A DNA stretch of 64,000 bases from Tubiluchus corallicola (taxonomy: Eukaryota; Animalia; Priapulida), in NCBI GenBank assembly GCA_030141605.1, contig JAQGDQ010000277.1, positions 124,001 through 188,000 of the forward strand, read 5' to 3'. The notes beneath the pieces are model-generated. The model was not told where the DNA came from, did no database searches, and saw nothing but the letters and a program-made list of their open reading frames with translations. The position numbers and the translations under genes are program-made. Below, piece by piece: positions 1-13,680 of this stretch (the stretch's first letter is position 1; the number at the start of each line of letters is the position of its first letter).

Positions 1-3000
1 GAAAGAGGAAAAAAGAGAGAAGAAAGAAAGAAAGAAAGAAGATGTCGTTGTGCTGATTAACGTAGGAAAATTGAATCAGAATTTGATGACTAAGTAGGCA
101 TTGATAAATAATTGTCAAAAAATTATTGCAGAAACTTAAAAATTGCTTAACAACGGTAATCGTTAAAAGATTTGTGTTCATTTGTTGACACAACCACTTC
201 AACAAATGCTTTGTTTTATCAACAATATCGCCAAAAGTAAAGCTATTAAGAGATGATTTATATTAATTCTGTATAAATACAAATGAATACAAATCTGTAT
301 TGTGATGAATCTGCTTAGAGACAAAGAAGTCGTTTATGCGGAGTTCACCAGCTACTACAGGAGTATTAGCAAAAGCGTAATCACTTTACGTAATGCGCAT
401 TAAATTGCCCGTAAACTAGAGCGAATTTACGAATGGAGGTACGATTTTCGACAGTTAATTTCTGCTATTTTGCCGAAAGTTAAACCGTCTCTTTACAGAA
501 TTGGCAGCATGTAGTGGGCTGGTGAAAGACGACCGGCGTACATATACATTATCGAATTACCGACTGAAATGCGGTCTAAGTTGATAATTATGAAGCTCAG
601 CTTCGTACCTTTTTATAAATGGCGCATTTATTAGGCGACAACCGACTTGCTGCTTACTGCATTAATGCGCCTGTGCGAATTTCTAAGCCGCGTAATCAGC
701 TGGTGGTTCAACCTGCACTTTGGCACAATAAGAATTAAAATGGTAAAAGAGGCATAAACATCTTGATGAAAAAGAATTCAGCGCCAAAGATGTTTTCCTT
801 AATTTTTTATTTATGGTTATTGCTTCTTTTAATTGGTTGTTTCTTTAGTACTGCACCCAGGATAATATTTGTAAGTTTCAGTGTTTTGTGTCCGTGAATG
901 TCACACCCCGTGACTGGATCAGCACTCAGGAAGTTAAGGAAAAATTAGCTCTGTCACAGCATGAGGTTGTTACAATGTGCTAACAATACTATGTGGACGT
1001 CTTTACTAACGTAAAGATGAGGAGGGAGAGTGAGGAAAAGAAAGCGTGTTGGAGTGAATGACTGTGAACGAGAGAACCACTGAGCTAACATCAACAGTTT
1101 TCTTACGTTCAATTGCTTGTCTGAACGTAGGTATGCATAACTGCCGAGAAGATGATTGTCTAAACGCACGACTGCCGCAAAAAAGATGATTGCCTGAATG
1201 TACGACTGCATGACTGTCGTAAAAATGGACGTGTAAAACCTTCTTGAGTTTAACAACAAAATTTCTATTAATCAGTATTTCTTTACTAGTTATTTATTTT
1301 CTAATTCTGAATGCGTTGTCATTATGCAGAGTATTCTAAAATAAACTGTACAGGAGAAATATAGTAAAGTGAACCTGAACTTCTGTGTTATGACATCATA
1401 ATGACGTAAAAGTACTTTATATTTCGCAGTACTTACTAGACTTTGTATGTTGCAATACTAAAGTCAAGCTGTTGTTAATGTACTAATTCTTTTGGGAAAG
1501 CCTGTAGTTACTGTCTTAAATTTAAATCAGAGCAGGGGTAATTTTTACGAACATGTTCTATTGGAACCTGCCAGGAGCATCGTGTCACTGTATACAGAGA
1601 AAACATTTGAAAAGCTAATTTTACCCTGTCAGGCGAATACAGACAGCAATTTCTGTGACATCAAAAGAAAACTGGAAAGTATTTCATCAGCTGATTAGGG
1701 CACGGCGTAAGGTTATTTCACTACACCGGCGTTAGTAAATTTACTATTATGCACAAAAAATTTGAAATTTATTAATGTCTGTACAAAACTGAACCAAACG
1801 GCTTGTTTGTCAATTGCATTAAGCAACTGATATTTTCTTCCATAGAGGTCAAGGCTGCAAATAAACTTATCGTCACCATCATCATCACACCATGACGACG
1901 ACGACCACCACCACCACCACCACCACCACCATCGTCATTGTTAACGTTATCATCACCATAATCATCATTGTCATAATTAATATAGTGGTTATACACACAC
2001 ATACATATAATAAACACGTATACACTCCTTGTAGTACTTATATTGCAGACTTATAATGTTTCACAGAATAATAAGACCTAAAATTTTAATAAAACTTTAT
2101 TACGTTAACTATAATTTGGTCTATTGTTCAAAATTTTTAGATTTTAGATGTAAATTTATTTTGATGTTTAATTTTGTTACAATTACGTACAAGCTGTGAC
2201 GCATATTTGCCATCATTTTTTTCAGATTTGACAAAAATTGAACACCACGGCAAAACTACAATACGTCGTAAAAAGAAAGTCCACTGTCTTATCAAGGTAC
2301 GCGCGCCTGTCATAGCTGTATAGGTAGATATGTTTCACTACTATGACTCGTAATCCATTTTATTGTAAAACTATATATGAATAGTTTTATAATGTTAGCT
2401 GGAGAATGGACTGATAAGAAATAATAACACTTCTCTGTTGTAATACTTGCATGTTATTTTGTAATCAGGATAATATAATGTGCTCAGGGTAATACAGAAC
2501 CTTTTTTCTAGGGGATACCAAAACAACCGATACAAGTAATAATAAACAGCAATTTATTATAGTGTACCATAGTATATTATCAGTATTGCTGAATCTATCA
2601 TAAACTCTCAGAAACCTCTCCAGGTCTTGTAATTCTGAGGGAAAATGATCGGAGCAGCAAAACTCCTTGTTAATTTTTTTATCGAACTGAATGGCCTGGT
2701 ATTCACCTGACTTCAATGCCAATATAAACATTTAACTGGAGAGTTCACAAAAGAGAGGGGGGACGCTGAGATGATCAATAAACATACTTGGCATTCAACA
2801 GATTTGTGTTTCTAAGGGTCAAACTGAATTCAGTAAAATTCAAGCAATTAGGCCTACTGATCATACTAATATTAGTAATAACCAAGTAACTTGGTTAGTA
2901 CAACCAAGTAAGTAATATTACTTGATTATTGTAATAGAATATTATAACAACATTTAGGTCGCAGAATATTGTAATATTCATATTGTTTTACCGTGCATTG

Positions 3001-5193
3001 AAACATTGTACGCGCATGCGTCTAAAATAATGCGCTTTGCAGTTCACTGCAATATAGCCTATTGCCTTGGTCGAGTTTTTTGTTAATATTTAACTGGATT
3101 TCAACATTTTAGAAATCAAACAGTTTTATTCAATGTTTTCATTTCGCCTATGAAAACTTTGTTTTGTTGCTTTACAGATTTAGGACATTTACATACGTGT
3201 GACTGAATGGGGGGCTTTATTTACCATCAGCTATTGATTGCACGTCACCCACATTGTTACCCCCCACTATCCAGGAACGAAATTATTTCAAGCTTGTTTA
3301 ATCTGAGAGAAATAAGTTTATTTTCTGACTTCATGAGGCGTTTTTCTATAGAAATGCGCAGAGATTCAACAACTCTTTTCAGATCGTGATTACCTGAATA
3401 ATTGGTAACACCTAGTTGTAGCCTTGCCGTATTTTTCTTACCTTTTTTGCACAAATTTCATTTTGTTGTGACTCACTAACTGTGACGGCTTAGAAATACA
3501 TGTTTGTGTTTGGACAAATTGCTAATTTATTATGTTTTTGTTTTGAATAAGATTTGTAAAGGTTTAGATCGTTATCATGTGAATTTACTGCTTCTTTGCA
3601 AGAGATTAATATTTATTGTTTCCTTGTTTATGTAGTTAGCATATTTCATAATCAAAATATTACACAAAGTTATTATAAATGTAAAAAATATTCATCAAAT
3701 TAAAATATATTTCGTTTATAATTAACGCAACTTATAGCTTTATGTTGAGGTGTTTAGAGAAATTAATTAAATTTTTTTCAAAATAAGTTCCAAAATCAAT
3801 TTAAATCTCAAGATTAATCTTACAAATCAGATTGCTTTGCAAGTTGAGTTTGAGTATGCAAAAATCGCTGTTATAAAACAATTAGCAAATCATTTTTAAT
3901 TCGGAATTTTGAAGAACTGAAGAATAAATAATATTCAAACAATCGTAAACCGTCGTTTGAAAGGTTTAACAGTTTTTCAATTTGCGAATTTGCCTGTTGT
4001 CTTCAACCGGCAAAAATAATTTGTTAGGCATTAAATTTTAATTTAGTTGCAAAATTTAAAAGATGAAAATTTGAAAGTGACGTACACCTCGATTTGTTAA
4101 CGAAGTTCTTCCTATTATAGGTTGAATTTAGAAACTTTATAAAAACAATTTATTAATAAATATGCATGTAAAATATTTTGTAAATTGTAAGCCCAAATAT
4201 ATTTGTTGTATATATAGAAAGAGTGCAACAATTTGACCTTTATCATCTTTTATGTTAGAGAAAGAATTGTTCACGCAAATGACTTTAAAGATGGATCTTG
4301 GAGTCATCATCAAAAGTAATATGCTAAATTTGAACAATCATTAATAAACTATCATACAAATTTAGGATTATAATATGTTGCCTCTTTTGCCTATTACCAA
4401 CAAAATTGTTGCATTAAACTAGTTTCTTCTGGTAAATGTTTATTTTTACACCTAATTGTACACCTTCTTAAAAACTAGTTTTTTGATGTGCTTCAAATAC
4501 CAGTGGTGGAATTAACGAACTTAACGAAGAAAAACTTATAACACTATTACCAAAACGAGATAATTGTGCTGTCTACACAATAACTTTCGTACAAATGTGC
4601 TAGACTTATTTGAATTTTACTAAATGTTTGTAGCTGAAATGATAATATATCAAGGATATTTTCCAAAAGATGTTGTGCATGCAAACTATATACAGGCCAT
4701 TACTTTATTGAGTTGTAGCTTATGCATAAGTATCACGTTGTAAAACATTGTATCAAACTGCGCCTACATTTTTTAATTTTGTGGAATAATCATGAACAAA
4801 ATGTTTCGCATATAATTTGCAAATTAAGTAATTATAAAGCGACTAAGATGCTAAAATACTGTAAGTTTACTAAGATAAAATAAACTCAACTAATTACAAA
4901 GAATGAGTTGTTAGCCACCCTCCTCCCAATAATTATATTGTTAGTAATGGGTTAAAACATATTAAATTTAGGATTTGGGATTTGATACATTGGGATCTTA
5001 TAGTAATTAAATTTAGCCTTAATAATTGCTTAAATGTATGTAGTGCTTGTCTCAGTTTAAAATTACTGTGTACGTGTATACCTCATATACTAATAATACT
5101 CAAAATTGAGTCCAAACTATTCACTCTGTCCTATGATTGGAGTAAATTTGGCTTCATTAAGATATCACTAATGATCAGCAAACGCAAACAAAC

Positions 5194-5456
5194 CTGAACT
5201 CTTGCTTCACTAAGATCCAGTCTCATTGCTAACTCTTCTCGAGTAAATACGTCTGGATATTGGGTTTTTTCGAAGGCCCTTTCCAACTGATGTAGTTGGA
5301 ACGTGGTAAAGGTGGTTCTACTTCTTCGAATTTTACGCGGTTTGCCACCAGGGGACTCATCGTCGCCGTCGCCAGAGTCTAATTCCAGATTACCCGGTGA
5401 CCCTGGTTCATGATCCACGTCCACGGTAAGTTCTTTATCTGGGTCTGGATGAGTGC
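5194..5456 (-). CDS. hbn: homeobrain exon 2 (homeodomain residues 1-46)
   Basis: Encodes [15 protein letters not shown]...[50 protein letters not shown], the characteristic Homeobrain homeodomain. Flanked by ttttcag acceptor and CAG|gtttgt donor at the typical PRD-class intron position (Q|VWFQN). The VWFQNRR exon was not found in 1-5193, so it presumably lies left of the window. Confidence 0.93.
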
Positions 5457-5612
5457 CTGAAAATAAGGCGTAATTTAAGACAGAATTCTATTTTTTTATT
5501 GTTAAGTATAAAAGCAAAATGGGATCATAAAAACTGTAAAACTGTTTTTCTTCCTCTTTTACACACACTCTCTCTCACCCGTTTGTCCCTGCACTCTTCC
5601 TCTCCTCTTTCA

Positions 5613-5615
<3 letters not shown>

Positions 5616-5661
<46 letters not shown>
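5616..5661. repeat. (CT)n microsatellite
   Basis: Pure CT run in hbn intron 1. Confidence 0.95.
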
Positions 5662-5665
<4 letters not shown>

Positions 5666-6722
5666 CTCTCTTTTTCTTCCAATGTCTTGGACTTATTGGT
5701 AAAAGTGCACTGAAGACATGCCTATCAATACGGACAAACTAAACGTTTGCTAGGTGTAAACTTTTCAATTTGTGAATATTTGTAAATAGTTTTAAGCCTT
5801 TTATCACTATTATCTTGATATTCGAGTTTAGTACACGTCTTAACCAATTTCGAAATTTTAACGGCAATTTCACTTATGATATGCATGTATAACTTCAAGC
5901 AAACATTTGCAATTTCTACAACTTTAAGAAATATAATTGAAAAAATTATGGAAATTCAGTAAATCTGGTTTTGTATTTAATAGCCGAATTTCCTAGTAAT
6001 CTTAAAGCAGTTAGTAAAACCATTTAAATCTAATAAATATCTGTGCTGATGAATTTCACGTTGTAATAGTGCAATGGTGAATGATAGTGGTAGATTATCT
6101 AAAAACTTTAGCGTTATTTCACTTATTACGAAATAACAAATTCCTACGCAAACATAAAATTAAAAATCTCTGTGTAGTAGATTTGAATACACTGAATATA
6201 TTTACAAGGTATATACAACATATACTAAGCTCAATACACCAATATTAAACTTGCTGGAAAATCAAAATATCTAATGCACCCCTGTTCACACGTCAAAACA
6301 CAATGAGTAGATGATTAGATAACTTTTGTAAGTTGCATCCATCATATTGTTATGGCATTTTGATAAGGCTATCATCGACCCTTTTTATACTTCTTATTTG
6401 AGGCTATGCCAAAAAAATCACTAATGCAATACAGAAGGACAGATAGATAGAAATTTTCTTATTTGCCGTATTCTGTTACATAGACGCATATAACAATACC
6501 TCAATGCATACTTAGTTTACATGCCAAGATTAATGTAAATAGCGGATTCTTGGCAATTGCGTTATGAGCATAATCTAAGTAAATGAACTAAATTGATACT
6601 ATAAAGATTAGTATATATTCGGCATCATATAAACTGCTGTTACACTGCTATTAATCTACATGTTCCGATATAGTATTTGTCTATTATACTATTAGTCTAC
6701 TGAACCCAGTAATTAGACATAC

Positions 6723-6882
6723 CTTTTGTTTGCGAAGAGGCGGCTTCAAAAGCCGTGATGACCTTATTGCTATGTCCTTTATTATCATTTCCCAAAATGC
6801 TGTCGATACTATAGTTACTGCGTGAACTAGGACTGACCAGCACTCTTTTCTCTTGCATCATTCCAGAGACCGGTGTTTCCAT
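6723..6882 (-). CDS. hbn: homeobrain exon 1 (eh1/octapeptide motif)
   Basis: ATG at 6882, METPVSGMMQEKRVLVSPSSRSNYSIDSILGNDNK...SQTKG; YSIDSILG is an eh1/octapeptide Groucho-binding motif. Phase-1 donor G|gtatgt joins exon 2 in frame. Confidence 0.85.
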
Positions 6883-7038
6883 GTGCAATACAAAATTGAA
6901 GCACACTTCAAATGTTTCTAGTTATGAAGTCCAGCTAGCCTAAAATCCAAGTTAAGAAGAACACACGCAACCTGAGGCGACTAAGCTGGTCTGACACTGC
7001 AAATCTCTAGTGTCACTCTACTATACTGAACACTCGTT

Positions 7039-7149
7039 TAATGTAATTAGGGCCGCATTTGTGCTCCCCTTAATCAAATGTTTGTTTGTCGTCCTCGTCT
7101 TCAGCTCGAATGACGTGCGAACATCAGTGAGTTTGGCCTCTGATTGGTT
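7039..7149 (-). promoter_or_regulatory. hbn proximal promoter elements (P3 homeodomain palindrome, CCAAT box)
   Basis: TAATgtaATTA at 7039-7049, CRE-like TGACGT near 7110, and AACCAATCAGAG on the minus strand at 7138-7149, all 150-270 bp upstream of the hbn ATG. Confidence 0.5.
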
Positions 7150-8872
7150 TACTATCCTTGCTTCTGATTATTGCTGTCATGGTTCGTGTAACGCACGCCT
7201 GCCCACTGGTGCAGACGACAAGATGAGGCGTTGGAGAGGGTGGAGTTTGCGCGATCGGAAAGTCGGTAGGTCTCCACCCTCTAAGTGAATGCTCTGAATG
7301 AGTACTTGGCAGAATTGACAAGGTCTAAACAGGGATTTAGTGCCCATACAAACACGTGGTGTAAATCGCCTGTTAATGAACTAACCATGGCACTAATGCC
7401 TGCAAATTACGTATGCGATCTGCTTCCCACATTGCTTTCCACATAGCGTCAAAAACTGGCCACTCACTTGACGACTAGTGACTACTAGAACAAGATAGCC
7501 AAGGCCGTAAATGACACATCTTAAAAACTTTTGAGAAAAATATGGCAAAACTAAGATATTGTATTTACACAATTTTCTCAACATTCTTGGTTTATTAAAT
7601 GGGACAACTGGCATGCCAAAATCAACTGATAACGTAAAAAAGTGAATTGATTAAATGTAGTCAGATTAAAAAAATATGTATTTCGCCTGTATTTGTTTCT
7701 AAAAAAGTATTATTTGTGTTTCTTTACGGGTACCTACACTGTAATGGATACACATGATTAACAATTTAGAATTTCCAGCCAGATCGACGTACGTTGTACA
7801 CAAAGGATTTTATTAAATGGCTTACAGACTTAAGTGAAACACAAATTTCATGACACAAGAATGCAAATGTACCATCAGTGTAGTAACTCTTAACACTCTA
7901 AATCTAAAATCACGACTGATAGATTGCGTAAATTTATGACATTAGCGTTCGTTAATAACAATTGTTTTTGAAAGGACTAAACGGTTTGCTAGTCTTTGCA
8001 GGCATACTTAGGCGTCGATCTTTAGTCATCTGTTATGATGACACAGCATCGTCGAAATACTTGTAATATAAAATAAGATGAACTAAAACTATTAAATTTT
8101 AAGGAATTTTGTTATAATATAGAAACACCCAAATTTATTATGTTTATTTATATGGGTAGAGCGCATGGAATGTCAAAAATTGTTTTATTTAAATTTTGAA
8201 AGAAATTGTAATTCGTCACCAATCTAATTCATGATTTCGTGTAAGTATAAAACCAAGCAAAGTTTGTTTTAAATTTAACTAGCAAACAAATTTGCCTTTA
8301 ATGTACGCCATTCACAACTGTCAAGACAATGTTAAAACCATTTCCAAATTAAGTGCCGTTTCATAATAATCATTATAGCACTAAAAACTTTTAAAAGGTT
8401 TCTACGGAACTAATGGAAAAGTATCGGTGACATTCTGAAATTTGCCGTTACACCGATTTGTGGAGCTTTAATACGCAGCATTCAACACAGAGAAAGAAAA
8501 CTGTTTTTACTTGCTTTACGAGTCTCATATAAAATGTTATTATTTCTCCAGCGTTTGTCATTTATGATACAAAAAATAGATGTAATATAAAAATAACCGA
8601 TAATTTTATCTTAGATTGATATACAGATTATAAAAGTTTAATAACAATATGTCAAGTTGAATGCAAAATCCATTTTTTTCTCAAGTGGATTTTTTTAGAA
8701 ATCAATCTCGGTATTGCATTTTAAAGCAATTCTTAAATTCTGCTTTACCGGTAATCGAACTGCTGAAGTAGTTCTTGCGTATACATACAAACGTAGTTAC
8801 AACACTTACACTGATCTCATCTTAGAAGTTTATACTTGATAGACTTCATAGCAGTCATCCATTTAAAAGTCC

Positions 8873-9109
8873 AATAAGCATAGAAGAAATCATCAGTAGT
8901 TGGAAAATTTTACTTTATTCTTTAAGGTCTTTCAGCATTGCTGCCATCATCAGAAGACAGACTAAAAACAAAATAAAGTTACAGGAAAGTCTCTCATTCT
9001 GTAACCTTGCTTTGTCTTTAGTCTGTCTTCTGCTGATGTCAGCAATGCCGAAAGGGCTTAAAAATAAAGTAAAGTTTTCCAGCTACATGTGACATCCTCT
9101 ATGCTTATT
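8873..9109. mobile_element. ~235-bp foldback element, probably inverted Penelope-like LTR fragments with hammerhead-like motifs
   Basis: Arms ~8873-8984 and ~8998-9109 are imperfect reverse complements. Each reads outward as gtctt-CTGA/CTGA-tg(g/t)cagcaatgc(c/t)-GAAAG..CTTA..AATAAA. Confidence 0.6.
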
Positions 9110-9524
9110 GTGCTCTTTATAGAGTCCGGTTGCACCACGTCTCTGTCAGCACCGCAAACACCATAATACGTAAGATCTGTTGTTGAATGTTGAATGCAAG
9201 ATGCAATGCACCAAACTTAATAAAATGCAAGATGTGCGATAAGCTCAACTGCGAACAAATGCAATCTGTTTATATTAATTATTGAACTATTGTAAAAATA
9301 GGTTGCTAGTTTTACACAGGGAGTCCAGGAAGTATGTGTGTACAGGAGAAGAGCTTATTTTAATTAAACCATGTATTTTTTTATTTATTTCTGAAGTTTT
9401 TTAAACAGTTTAAAACATTCAAAACTTATGTGGTATAATAGTTAAAGTGATGCATTAGTAGGTAGTGTGCAATAGAGTAGGTATTGCTGGTAGAGTAGTA
9501 ATTGTATGAGTAGCAACAGTAGCT

Positions 9525-9562
9525 TCATCGTCGTCATCGTCATCATCATCATCATCATCATT

Positions 9563-9593
<31 letters not shown>

Positions 9594-9605
9594 CCATCAT
9601 CATTA
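9525..9605. repeat. (TCA)n microsatellite
   Basis: Direct inspection. Confidence 0.95.
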
Positions 9606-11822
9606 GGTACTTATTTCGGAACTTGTTAAAGCATATCTGCGGGGCATCGAGTGTAATAAAAGATTTTGTTTAAAAACTAAGAAATTTTGTAATTTGTGCA
9701 ATAAATTTAGGTTTAATTTTGCAACAAACGTATAATGCGCAGGTGGCATTATTAACGATGCCTAATTAAACAAACTTTTGAACAAACTCTTTAATCACGC
9801 TGTAATTACACAGTTTAATTAATGAGATGACGAATAATTTCAAACAATTAATGTCCTTGTGGCATTTCTCTTCCAATTATAGTAAAGTTTGATAAAGTTT
9901 TTGTGACCTGGCATTTTGTGACCTTTAATAAGCCATGCCGGGGGATCCATTAGAGACATACAAAAATTGTTGATATGCTTTTGGATTATGCATTTTCTAA
10001 TTATTTAAGAAGTTTAACACAAATTGGAGACGCTCTGTACTTAGATCTGCCCTCTGCCGTTGTATTAATTACTGAGTCATGAATACAAATTGTCACCGCT
10101 GCGGGTGCTAATTTCTTAATTCACTATGGATGTATCAATCCGCGCAGAATTTAATAAACTCGGGCTGCTATTGTCAATTCCCGGATTCTCGCCCCGTACG
10201 GCAGTCAGCCAACCAATATACTGAAGCCATTTCGCTATTAGCTTGCCCGTGGCATCAACCAAATTAAACAAGCCTAAATGGAATTTAAGCGTCTCTTGAC
10301 TTGCTGATGCAGCACAAAGCAAACTGGCTTCACTCATTTGTTTCGCTTGCGCTATTCATGGCGGAATATAAAGTGGCTTTGAGTAAATTTCGCCAAGACG
10401 GCAAAGTATCCGCGAGAAATTGGCGTGGAGACTGGGGATATTGTTGCCAGACCATTAGCTGGAGTGTTTTATAATGGAAATCGCGTAACTCAGCGAGTTG
10501 CTGGACAAAGGCACGAGAATTATTGGTTATCTCCGTCGAGTGAGGATCCAGGTCAAAGGAGCCACCCTAATGAAGCCAATGTAAGCACGATTCACAAAAC
10601 TCGCTTCTAACTCATGTGCAAAGCAAAAAAGCTGGACGAAATCTTGGTGTGTAAATAGACCACACGTTGGTTAACTATAATGCCATGTACAAACGAAAGC
10701 TGGCAATGTGAAAAATGTACTGGACACTTTCTTATAAATTCAATTTGAAAACCTATTTTAACTGTTAATTCTGCAACTTCGCCATTTATATCACCATTTA
10801 TACCACCCCAACAAAATTTATTTTAAATTTAATTTTTGTTTTAAACTTCTGACAAAGAAACGAACAAAGGGTTTTCTCCCTCTCTGGAAATGAAATAAGG
10901 TTTTATAGTATTTTATAGTCATTAAAAAGATAAGAGTTTAAGGGACGTTACCTCATCTCATATTTTAACTACGGTAATGGCTGTAAGTGCCATCTACTTT
11001 AGGAACAGTACTAATTTCGGAATAAGGATAATAATAATAATAATAATAATAATCTTAGCAGGAAATAGATGTATCTTTAAGAAAGTTCACTTTTACTATA
11101 AATAAAAGCACAAATAAAAAAATCGCATTCGTCAGTATACAACTGGGCCTATTTGTTGAGCAACTGATTGCCAACTTAGAGCTTGCCAACCTCTAAGCGT
11201 TTTGATACAGATTACATTAATAAAACGATGAAAGTAAGTTTATTTATTTATGTTTATATTCTTAGTCTTAACTGAAATTTAATCGAAGTACTGGGCTGCA
11301 ACGGCTGGCAAAGCATGTTAAATTTCCATTGAATTGTGGGGCGGAAATGCGCATAAGATCACTTTGCGCAAATTTGAGCGCCAAATTGCTAACGATAACG
11401 TGCGTCCACTCAACAAATTAGCTGCATTCACTTGGCTTTTAACCAGTATTATACCCTGAATGCAACGAAATCGGCTATAATAGCACAATTAGCCTTCCTC
11501 ATTCGATAATATTAGCCGAGTAAATGGTCAGAAATTGCTCGCCATTTAGACGCAGGGGGAGACGATGTAGTGGGTTTTGTGTGGGCACCGCTGGTTTTTA
11601 TTTAACTCACTAACAAGGAGTAAAGGGCACTTGTGGTGAGAATTAGGAGAATTCAAAATTCAGAATTATCCGCAGTAGCTATAGCAATAAGAACGGTAAA
11701 TTATTTAATTAGTCATGAGAGTGAATAGTCGTCACTAGTAAAAAAAAAATGGCTAAAGTAAGTCAGTTCATATTTGTGAAATCGGCACTCCGTTCGTTTT
11801 TGTTTATTTATTTATTTTCGCC

Positions 11823-11897
<75 letters not shown>
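11823..11897. repeat. (TTA)n microsatellite
   Basis: Direct inspection. Confidence 0.95.
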
Positions 11898-11899
<2 letters not shown>

Positions 11900-12687
11900 C
11901 TTTTATTCGTATAAAATTTTATACTGTAGCGTGGTTTTAGTATAAATAATTAATATAATAAATAATAATTTTTGTTCGTAATTAAAAAATCCGTTTATTT
12001 CAGGCTCGAATGTGCATTAAAAGCAAAACAGTTAAACGGGCGGAAAATTATAAAGCATAGGATCTAATACGAATACTGACATTTAAGAGACGAACACATG
12101 TAAATATTAAATTAATACTGTTAAAAACAAAATTAGAATTAGAAACATCAATTTAAACTCTAGAAATACATTTCACTCTATAGCCTGCAGAGAGACTACA
12201 GCATTTTTATACAATGGCACAAAATTAGTCCCTGAATTACAACACGCATTGGGGAAACTTAGTCAACAAGCAAACGTGGTTTGAACGTGATCATAACAGG
12301 GGCCTAGACTAAGCTTCTAGTCCTGAACATCTCGAAACAGTTTCAGCAAGTTCGTTATATTTTATAACCATATTCCGTAGGTGAGTTCAAAATTACGATT
12401 TAAGGCCAATTTCGCAATAATAATAGCAGAATTTTGATAGAAAGTATGGATTTTAAAAAAGAGATTAAATATGCGTTCAAACTATTGACTTTTGAGCCAA
12501 CGGCTTTGTTCACTCACAGATTGGGTGCAGACGACCAGTATATATTCAATTTAATTGTCTTAATAGACTTTTGGGTGATTTTGCAGCACATCCTGTTGGA
12601 GGAAATGATTTAATTTCGCTCCCCATGTTAATTAATAATTATAATTGTAATGTCAAAATTTGTACTAATGATGTCACAATCCCATGG

Positions 12688-12797
12688 TTAACTAAACTTT
12701 GAAAGACAGAAATCTGAAAAAGTTGAAATGCAACCTTGATTTGAACCAGGGGCCTATACATCGTAGGCGACGTAGACCACTAGGCTACCTCATTGCC
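12688..12797 (-). mobile_element. tRNA-derived SINE fragment
   Basis: Minus strand reads ggcaatgagg-TAGCCTAGTGG (A box)...ccctGGTTCAAATC (B box), followed by a tail similar to that of the copy at 40611. Confidence 0.6.
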
Positions 12798-13499
12798 TAG
12801 CGGTCATACCAGTCCGAAGTTCCTGCCTTATATCATACTTTGTCCTGTTCTTATTATTGTTTAGTTCGTGAGATGGACTGAAGTTCCTACTTTCCTACAG
12901 AGGCTGTACGATCATGCAGGTATAGTATACCTGCTGCTGAAGTGTAGGCTTACACGTGCCGTTTTGCTAAGCCCATACAGATGCTGATTATAGTGAAACC
13001 ATATCGAAGAGATTAAGCTAAATAGTTTACACCATCAGGCTTCATCCTACACCATGTGTTGAGCTTTGTCTTGTCACGAATGACAGGCATATACGCTAAT
13101 ACTAACAAATATAAACAAGATTAACATGCCAGTTTTAATCCCGAGCGGCTGTTCTTCAAAGTCAACTATAACAAATGGCTGTAGATTTCGTTTTAGTTTC
13201 TTTAATTAGCAACAGGTTTAAAAGAAATTTTACCAACAAAGATTTTGATTACTAAACAAACGCTGTAGACAGTTACTATATTGCCAGCTAACTGTCAACT
13301 TTAACAAGTCTTTTGTATGCTTTTAGGAAAATTTTTATCGTTGATATTAAAACTAATGGTTTACGGTTTTTGGACAGATATTGCTCCTATATTTCGATTT
13401 AGTCTATATTAATTTAATAATCTACTTTATAAATTGTATGATTCCGCATTGAGTTACACACACATTTTATAACACGTGTATAACATTAATGAATTAATA

Positions 13500-13568
13500 A
13501 ATGAAGAAGACGATGACGATGATGGAGCCGGTGATGGTGACTTTGGTAATGAAGATGAAGATGATGTC

Positions 13569-13604
<36 letters not shown>

Positions 13605-13626
13605 GTGATGAGATGATGGTGATGAG

Positions 13627-13658
<32 letters not shown>

Positions 13659-13680
13659 GATGATGATGATAATGATGACA
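13500..13680. repeat. (TGA)n microsatellite, degenerate
   Basis: Direct inspection. Confidence 0.9.

Noticed and set aside
5194-5456. Calling this homeobox Rx or Arx/aristaless
   Set aside because: [31 protein letters not shown] matches Homeobrain; Rx has RRNRTTF..QLHELERAFEKSHYPDVYSRE and Arx has RRYRTTFTS..LEELERAF.
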